DNA of 24,191 bases from Methanothrix sp. GTDB taxonomy: Archaea > Halobacteriota > Methanosarcinia > Methanotrichales > Methanotrichaceae. The stretch is taken from assembly GCA_037128175.1 (NCBI GenBank), contig JBAXWY010000044.1, forward strand, positions 1 through 24,191, written 5' to 3'. The notes beneath the pieces are model-generated. The model was not told where the DNA came from, made no database searches, and saw only the letters and a program-made list of their open reading frames with translations. Both the position numbers and the translations under genes were made by a program. Positions 18,845-24,191 of this stretch are shown piece after piece. Position 1 is the first letter of the stretch. Each line of letters begins with the position of its first letter.

Positions 18845-19160
18845 GCCAGGCGGGCCCGCATGTGCACGCGCTCGCACTCGGGCGCGGGAGGCCGGTCGGG
18901 CCTGGAGTCAGGGAGAGCCGGGCCAGAGGGAACAGCTTTTCGGGCGCTGGATTTTGGTAATCGCGGCATTTCGTTATTACTATCAGCGGATAATTATAAC
19001 CAGACAACTAACGATTTCACCACAAAGGCACGAAGGCACAAAGAACGCGCAAAGAGATTCGAGACCGTTCTCCTGGCTTAGCGATCCTTGCGGGGCTGTG
19101 GGTAGCAGCGCCCGTTTGCCGCTCGACTGTGGCTGCCCGGCAAGCAGGGCTGCGTTCGTG
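18845..19160. repeat. Mosaic GC-rich repeat block 1 (modules D-K-B-H-partial A)
   Basis: Core K GGAGGCCGGTCGGGCCTG at 18887-18904; 18845-18904 is identical to 24067-24126; B, H and A modules align with the other blocks. Confidence 0.9.
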
Positions 19161-19190
19161 ACTCGCATCACGATATCTCAATTATGCACG

Positions 19191-19601
19191 CTAAATCAAT
19201 TGCACATTAAATGAAGAATTAGCTTTATTGTACAGTTTCTTATCCAAAGTCAATAGAGGGACTTGCTCTTTTTCTGCCAGGGCTAAAAAGAGGGAATCAT
19301 AAAAGGACGCTGTAGTAACAATCGAAATATCATACGCCTTCGCCATCATATCCTGCGCTCTGACGACATCGCACGCTTCGGAGATAAAGGTCTGACATTT
19401 CTGCAGAGCATTGAGAGTTTGATCCCGGTCCTTCCCGAATAGAGTCACCTGTTTCCAGGCGACGTTTCCAACCTCAATCACTGCCAGGTCCAGAGTGATC
19501 AAATCCGGTTTGGTGACTGCGTCCAGGGCTCTTTGAGAGGCATTCTCCTTGAAAAACATAGCTGCCAGGATATTTGAATCCAAAGCTACCTTATCAAGCA
19601 T
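19191..19601 (-). CDS. vapC: VapC PIN-domain toxin
   Basis: VALDSN, IEVGNVAWK, SFYDSLFLALA, LLTLDKKL acidic PIN residues; overlaps the antitoxin end. Confidence 0.92.
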   Translation of the reverse strand: MLDKVALDSNILAAMFFKENASQRALDAVTKPDLITLDLAVIEVGNVAWKQVTLFGKDRDQTLNALQKCQTFISEACDVVRAQDMMAKAYDISIVTTASFYDSLFLALAEKEQVPLLTLDKKLYNKANSSFNVQLI

Positions 19602-19818
19602 CTCGATCCTCCCGTATCATCTGTGCAGCACCGATTGCATTGGGCTTTTGATGCTTCCACAGTTCCTGAGCCTCGGCCAGGAGCCTTTCTTTTTTCTTTT
19701 CCCGAACCATTCTCTCCACGGTTTGCTTGATCTCTCCCTGCCAATTGACATCAGACATCTCATCCATCATCCTGCGTACACGGTCTTCAATGCGAACGCT
19801 ATAAACAGAAGTTGACAT
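19594..19818 (-). CDS. vapB: VapB-type antitoxin (ribbon-helix-helix-like)
   Basis: MSTSVYSVRI beta-ribbon, VNWQGEIK, AAQMIREDRDA ending; TATA TTATATAC about 23 nt upstream favours ATG 19818. Confidence 0.85.
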   Translation of the reverse strand: MSTSVYSVRIEDRVRRMMDEMSDVNWQGEIKQTVERMVREKKKERLLAEAQELWKHQKPNAIGAAQMIREDRDA

Positions 19819-19924
19819 ACAATGATGTTTATCCAAAAAGTATATAAGATTTTTCTGCAGCTCCCCCCCCTCTGCCCATCACCAGCACATCTTCGCCTCG
19901 GGCAGCGCTCGTTCCAGCCGCCCT

Positions 19925-20362
19925 TGGGCCGGGCCCGCACGCTCGCGCTCGGGGGTCGGGAGGCCGGGCGGGCCTGAAGGCCAGGAAGAGCCGGGCCGGA
20001 GTAGACAGCTTTTCGGGGGGCTGGATTTTGGTAACGGCGGCATTTCGTTATTACTATTAGCCGATAATTATAACCGAGCTACTACGGGCCACCACAAGAG
20101 GCACAGAGCGCACAGAGGACGCACAGAGACTTTTTAAAAGGATTTCTCGGCAGCCTCCAGCATCTTCATCCTTGCGGGGATGTGGGCAACAGCGCCCGGT
20201 TGCCGCTCGACTGTGGCTGCCCGGCAAGCAGGGCTGCGCTCGTGGCAGCTGCCCGTGGGCCGGGCCGTCCGGGCTTGCGGCGATGTTGTCAGGGAGGGCA
20301 GGAGGCCGGTCGGGCCTGAGGGCCAGGTGGAACTGGACTCCTGCCAAAGTGACTTCTCCGGG
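19925..20362. repeat. Mosaic GC-rich repeat block 2 (partial D-K-B-H-A-K-degenerate B)
   Basis: K at 19959-19976 (1 mismatch) and 20301-20318 (exact); CACAGAG tandem at about 20089-20130. Confidence 0.9.
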
Positions 20363-20546
20363 TAGAACCTTCTTAATGAGGTCAACGCTAACGTCTTCGC
20401 CATGGTGTGGATTGGGAATGAGCAAGAATATTCCATCCTTGCGCATGTACGGATGCTTCTTGCCGGAAAATGGTCCATCCCATCCCAGATTGTTGAGACG
20501 CCCGAGTCAGCTCGTGCCATGAAACTGGTACGAATTTAGTCTGCAA
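20363..20546 (-). pseudogene. hicA: HicA toxin, frameshifted and 3-prime truncated
   Basis: TTG 20546 gives QTKFVPVSWHELTR; removing one base at the C3 run 20501-20503 continues RLNNLGWDGPFSGKKHPYMRKDGIFLLIPNPHHGEDVSVDLIKKVL, which then runs into the repeat with no native stop. Confidence 0.85.
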
Positions 20547-20793
20547 AGGCCATCGGCTCCTTCGAGACTTGTATCATATGACCTTCGAGAGACGGGACCG
20601 GGTAGCCCCACGCCAGATGCGCTGCTATCCAGTCTTCAAGGGCATCTATGAGGTTCTTTCGACATTCATCAAGAGTTTTTCCTGTTGCCCACAGTCCTTG
20701 AAGCTCAAGGACCTCGCCGTAAAATGGCTCTGCGTCATCGATGATCTCGTAAGTCGCCTTATCCATTGCAGCCTGAATATATTCAGCAAACAT
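20536..20793 (-). CDS. hicB: HicB family antitoxin
   Basis: MFAEYIQAAM..A.YE, FYGEV.EL.GLWATGKTLDECR.NL.DALEDW; start trimmed to ATG 20793. Confidence 0.9.
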   Translation of the reverse strand: MFAEYIQAAMDKATYEIIDDAEPFYGEVLELQGLWATGKTLDECRKNLIDALEDWIAAHLAWGYPVPSLEGHMIQVSKEPMAFAD

Positions 20794-20850
20794 CAGAGAA
20801 ATATAATCGTCGATGGGATATAGACTTTTTTTTCGCATGGTGTAGATCGT

Positions 20851-20919
20851 TGCCAGTGGGCCGGGCCGTCCGGGCTTGCTGCGATGTTGTCAGGGCGGAC
20901 TGGAGGCCGGTCGGGCCTG
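20851..20919. repeat. Mosaic repeat block 3 (partial A-K)
   Basis: TGCCAGTGGGCCGGGCCGTCCGGGCTTGCTGCGATGTTGTCAGGGCGG matches about 22935-22982; exact K at 20902-20919. Confidence 0.9.
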
Positions 20920-20943
20920 GCATCTGGTGGAGATGATGGCGAA

Positions 20944-21228
20944 TTAGTAGACTTCGTTGTGCGTGCCAACAGCTTCAAGCAGGATGATCTCTTCTTGAGT
21001 CTTGGGATCTCGCACGAACTCAAATACGATGCGATATTCGAAATCGACCGTAAAAGCCCAAGAACCTGCCAAGTCCCCTTTCAATTTGTGAGTATGAAGA
21101 GAGAAGTGTTGTGGATCAGTAGCGAGCAGTTTTAGTGCATGTTCAATTCTTTCTTGCAGATCAGGCCTGCGTCGTATTAAGTGCTTGAATGATCTTTTGA
21201 AGCCAGGGCTCCAGACAAGAGTATTCAA
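20944..21228 (-). CDS. RelE/YafQ-family mRNA interferase toxin
   Basis: WSPGFKRSFK, LHTHKLKGDLAGSW, YRIVF, VGTHNEVY; TTG start overlaps the antitoxin TGA. Confidence 0.9.
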   Translation of the reverse strand: MNTLVWSPGFKRSFKHLIRRRPDLQERIEHALKLLATDPQHFSLHTHKLKGDLAGSWAFTVDFEYRIVFEFVRDPKTQEEIILLEAVGTHNEVY

Positions 21229-21449
21229 TCTAACAGATCCTTCATCAGGTCTTCAAATGTGCCCCGTTTAACCTCGCCTCTTTTAAACGCACCTCTCGCA
21301 TCCTGGACTTCAGCTACCAGCTCGGCCCGGCGCTTCTCTATGATGCGTTTGTTGATCAGCTCGACCAGCATGGACTGATCTTCCAGAGGCATGGACTCCA
21401 CAGCTTCGATTAGATCCTGAAAACTCAATGAATGCACTGCACCGCTCAT
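21225..21449 (-). CDS. Cognate antitoxin (74 aa)
   Basis: Small helical protein directly upstream of and overlapping the toxin; ends GTFEDLMKDLLD. Confidence 0.82.
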   Translation of the reverse strand: MSGAVHSLSFQDLIEAVESMPLEDQSMLVELINKRIIEKRRAELVAEVQDARGAFKRGEVKRGTFEDLMKDLLD

Positions 21450-21536
21450 TAAAATGCACCTTTTTGGGATTCCAGATTGCTGTTTAAGGAATTTAACCTT
21501 TGGGTCTTGCTGTCCAATTCATCATCCATTGATAGC

Positions 21537-21641
21537 TTTGCCCGGCTTCCGGCTGCACTCGTGGCCGCCGTCGTTGGGGCCGGGCCATCCGGGGTTGCTG
21601 CGTGGTCGTCAGGGCGGGCAGGAGGCCGGTCGGGCCTGAGG
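21537..21641. repeat. Mosaic repeat block 4 (partial A-K)
   Basis: TTGCCCGGCTTCCGGCTG shared with about 22903-22920; exact K at 21621-21638, 5 nt from the HEPN stop codon. Confidence 0.9.
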
Positions 21642-21643
21642 GT

Positions 21644-21973
21644 TTATATTAATATTTTCGCCAGTTTTAATTTTATCTCTGGAAGCTCATTTTTAAGGGC
21701 ATCATTCACGATCTCCCAGTCCACTCCAAAGTAATGGTGAACCAGCTTGTTTCTCATGCCGATCATCTGTCTCCATGGAATCTCTGGGTGCGCCTTTCTC
21801 AAATCATCCGAGATATTCCTGGATGCCTCTCCAATAATCTCCAAGGATTTAACACAGGCTCTGCGTAGAACTTCATCTGCCATCAACGTCTCTATGCCAA
21901 CGACAGCACAATACGTTGCAATGAAATCCATCTCTTCAAGGATGTGTCCCAGTAGCTCTCCATCCTTATTCAG
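21644..21973 (-). CDS. hepT: HepT/DUF86 HEPN ribonuclease toxin
   Basis: LEIIGEA, PEIPW, RNKLVHHY (RX4HXY); frame open upstream of ATG 21931 to a CTG at 21973 (would give 109 aa). Confidence 0.88.
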   Translation of the reverse strand: MNKDGELLGHILEEMDFIATYCAVVGIETLMADEVLRRACVKSLEIIGEASRNISDDLRKAHPEIPWRQMIGMRNKLVHHYFGVDWEIVNDALKNELPEIKLKLAKILI

Positions 21974-22247
21974 ACCAGATCACATCCTTCTCCACGTAAG
22001 GCCGGATGCGCGGGTGAAGTCCTTTTACGGTGACCAGATCCACCTCTCTTTCCAAGAGATCTTCCAGGTAGAATGAAAGGTTCATAAAGTTTTTAAATGT
22101 GGGCTTCTCAAATTCTACCAGTATATCAACATCGCTGGAATCCTTCTGCTCACCACGGGCGAAGGATCCGAAAATACCAATTCGCCTGACGCTAAAAAGG
22201 GTCTTGATATCATTGGCGTGGCTCTTGATAAGGTCGATGATCTCCAT
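21966..22247 (-). CDS. mntA: MntA minimal nucleotidyltransferase antitoxin
   Basis: GSFARGEQKDSSDVD is an exact GSX10DXD; LEDLLEREVDLVT. Confidence 0.92.
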   Translation of the reverse strand: MEIIDLIKSHANDIKTLFSVRRIGIFGSFARGEQKDSSDVDILVEFEKPTFKNFMNLSFYLEDLLEREVDLVTVKGLHPRIRPYVEKDVIWSE

Positions 22248-22375
22248 ATTCTATCCGGCATTTTATAGGCTTTACAACTCTAAAAACATTGCTATTTGCA
22301 GGACAAAAATTGCAGGTCGATCTCAACGCAGTTGTAAACGAGAGATAAGCAACTCTTCGTGAGCTTTCCGTCCGC

Positions 22376-23135
22376 GGGCCCAGCCTGGGCCGCGCTGTCG
22401 TCCTGGCGGGCTGGCTTGCCTGACAAGCGCTTGCGCCCGGGGCGGGAGGCCCGGTCGGGCCGAGATCACGGGTTCACGCGAAGGCGCTATAGGCGCGAAG
22501 TTCCGATGAGAAAGGATAATTTTTTCGCCAGAGCTCTCGGGCCGCGTCGGTGGAGCCGTTTCTCGGCAAAGGCCATCCGGGGACAATGGCGCCGTTAGCC
22601 AGGCGGGCCTGCATGTGCCTGCGCTCGCGCTCAGGGGCAGGGGGCCGGTCGGGCCTGAAGGCCAGGGAGAGCCGGGCCGGAGTAGACAGCTTTTCGGGTG
22701 GCTGGATTTTGGTAACGGCGGCATTTCGTTATTACTATTAGCCGATAATTATAACCATACAACTAACGATTTCACCACAGAGACACAGAGCGCACAGAGG
22801 ACGCACAGAGACTTTTAAAAACAATTCCAGGCAGTCTCCAGCATCGTTATCCTTGCGGTGCTGTGTGCAGCAGCGTCCGTCAGCCGTTCGACCGTGGCTG
22901 CCTTGCCCGGCTTCCGGCTGTGCTCGTGGCATGCTGCCAGTGGGCCGGGCCGTCCGGGCTTGCTGCGATGTTGTCAGGGCGGGCTGGCTTGCCTGACAAG
23001 CGATCGTGCTGGTAGGCGGGAGGCCTGTCGGGCCTGGTGGCCAGGAAGAGTTGGCGTTCGGCTGAGACAGCATCTCCGGAGAGGATGGATGGAGAAGATA
23101 GCAGTAGCTGTTATTATTCGCAGATAATTATGACT
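22376..23135. repeat. Mosaic repeat block 5 (longest; about 2.5 diverged monomers)
   Basis: K variants at 22445-22462, 22640-22657 and 23019-23036; C module 22462-22595; B 22658-22756; four CACAGAG at about 22776-22810; degenerate B 23037-23135. Confidence 0.9.
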
Positions 23136-23143
23136 TAATACTT

Positions 23144-23445
23144 TTATTTTTTCTCAATACGCACATACTTCTTATGCGCCTGTTCGATAGTTCCGAGCCA
23201 TAGAATTCTTACAATCTTTTCGTCTTGGGAAACACGATAAAAAGCAGTATATGATCGGGAAATATGCAATCTATAGAGATCATCATGCTTTGAAGATCGA
23301 AGCAACTCTTTGTCGCCGCCTTTTCCGGGAAATGGGTCGCTTTCGAGAATCCGGAGCTTGGTTTTGGCTATCTCATTGCTTTTTTGGGAAGCTTATCCAG
23401 AAACTCCTGTGCATCTTCATCTATCAGCACACAAAAGTTTACCAT
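23144..23445 (-). pseudogene. RelE/ParE-family toxin with a 1-nt frameshift (absent from the ORF track)
   Basis: ATG 23445 gives MVNFCVLIDEDAQEFLDKLPKK; adding one A to the A6 run (plus-strand T 23380-23385) continues SNEIAKTKLRILESDPFPGKGGDKELL...LYRLHISRSYTAFYRV...TIEQAHKKYVRIEKK*, 100 aa in total. Confidence 0.85.
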
Positions 23446-23726
23446 TTCATCGCCACAAACTTGCCCCTTTTCTCAATGCGGTCCATATCCTCAAATAACC
23501 GCCGCTTTTTTTCTCTCTCAATCATCTCCGCCAAGAGGTGATCGTAAGTCTCTCCTGCACTCTTAAGACCTGACAGCTCTTCCCAGACGGCTCTTGATAC
23601 GGGAATGCGGCTGGTAGCGGGCATCTTCTCGGTCACATGCATGTTTTTTGGCAGTATTTCTTGGGCAGTGCTATCTCCATGCTCCGGAACCGGCCTGACT
23701 TCAACCTCGCCACTGATTTTGGCCAT
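23439..23726 (-). CDS. Antitoxin (archaeal RelB/ribbon-helix-helix-like)
   Basis: TSRIPVSRAVWEELSGLKSAGETYDHLLAEMIE; overlaps the toxin start; TATA-like AAATATAT about 25 nt above ATG 23726 (ATG 23624 is an alternative). Confidence 0.8.
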   Translation of the reverse strand: MAKISGEVEVRPVPEHGDSTAQEILPKNMHVTEKMPATSRIPVSRAVWEELSGLKSAGETYDHLLAEMIEREKKRRLFEDMDRIEKRGKFVAMKW

Positions 23727-23800
23727 AGTAGCTCTGTAAGGATTGTAAGTAGATATATTTTGTGTTTCTATTGGGCCACGGCATTTCATTCATGGAAAGA

Positions 23801-24191
23801 CAGCAGCGCCCGGCTGCCGCTCGACTGTGGTCGCTGCCTTGCCCGATGTCCCGGCTGCGCTCGTGCCTGCCCATGTGGGCCCAGCCTAGGCGGCGATGTC
23901 GTCAGGGAGGGCAGGAGTGCCGGTCGGGCTGAGATCACGGGTTCACGCGAAGGCGCTATAGGCGCGAAGTTCCGATGAGAGAAGGACAATTTTTCGCCAG
24001 AACCCTCGGGCCGCATCGGTGGAGTCGTTTCTTGGCAAAGGCCATCCAGAGACAATGGCGCCGTCCGCCAGGCGGGCCCGCATGTGCACGCGCTCGCACT
24101 CGGGCGCGGGAGGCCGGTCGGGCCTGAGGGCCAGGAAGAGCCGGGCCGGAGTAGACAGCTTTTCGGGTGGCTGGATTTTGGTAACGGCGGC
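23801..24191. repeat. Mosaic repeat block 6 (A-K-C-D-K-B), runs off the window edge
   Basis: 23914-24191 is colinear with about 22445-22722; K at 23914-23931 (variant) and 24109-24126 (exact). Confidence 0.9.

Noticed and set aside
22720-22748. Xer/dif-like site in the AT-rich B module (ATTTCGTTATTACTATTAGCCGATAAT)
   Set aside because: Superficially like a XerC arm, but only about 4 of 11 positions are symmetric around a 6-bp spacer; too weak to call.
18679-24055. Pro/Arg/Gly-rich ORFs across the repeats (e.g. 18679..18969, 20134..20520, 22323..22724, 22738..23073, 23786..24055)
   Set aside because: Indels between repeat copies change the frame, so these are GC-rich shadow ORFs even though an MP.LPKSS start recurs.
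18845-24191. CRISPR array
   Set aside because: Core repeats are irregularly spaced (about 200-1100 nt), the intervening DNA is itself repeated or genic, and no cas genes are present.
18640-24191. Classical integron attC sites
   Set aside because: A few GTTAG words occur, but no RYYYAAC...GTTRRRY hairpin follows the cassette stop codons, and there is no IntI in the window.

Overview
Archaeal chromosomal window, most likely from a methanogen of the Methanothrix/Methanosarcinales type. This is an inference from TATA boxes about 24 nt upstream of apparently leaderless starts, GGTGA-type RBSs and gene content. Left edge (1-1110): a RelE-type toxin-antitoxin (TA) pair between two frameshifted remnants of a type IIG-like restriction-modification gene, plus a probable IS1634-like scrap. 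Middle (1195-18120): HerA-like ATPase, tatD-NYN-rhomboid cluster, a STAS / LytS-SpoIIE phosphatase / NCS2 permease operon whose permease ends in a degenerate RsbW-like domain, a leuA with no canonical in-frame start upstream of its catalytic motif, TPR and secreted proteins, papain-like, M48 and S9 peptidases, and YkgJ, DJ-1 and flavodoxin-fold proteins. Three tiny ORFs follow. Right end (about 18690 to the window edge): five unrelated, co-oriented TA modules (VapBC, HicBA, RelE/YafQ-type, MntA-HepT, RelBE-type), each set between copies of a mosaic GC-rich non-coding repeat whose 18-bp core GGAGGCCGGTCGGGCCTG occurs 10 times. It resembles a cassette array but has no attC sites and no recombinase in view. 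Top leads: (1) the repeat-punctuated TA array, (2) a possible leucine-sensing +1 frameshift into leuA, (3) a sigma-less partner-switching module wired to a transporter. Family assignments come from motif recognition by eye, not database searches.
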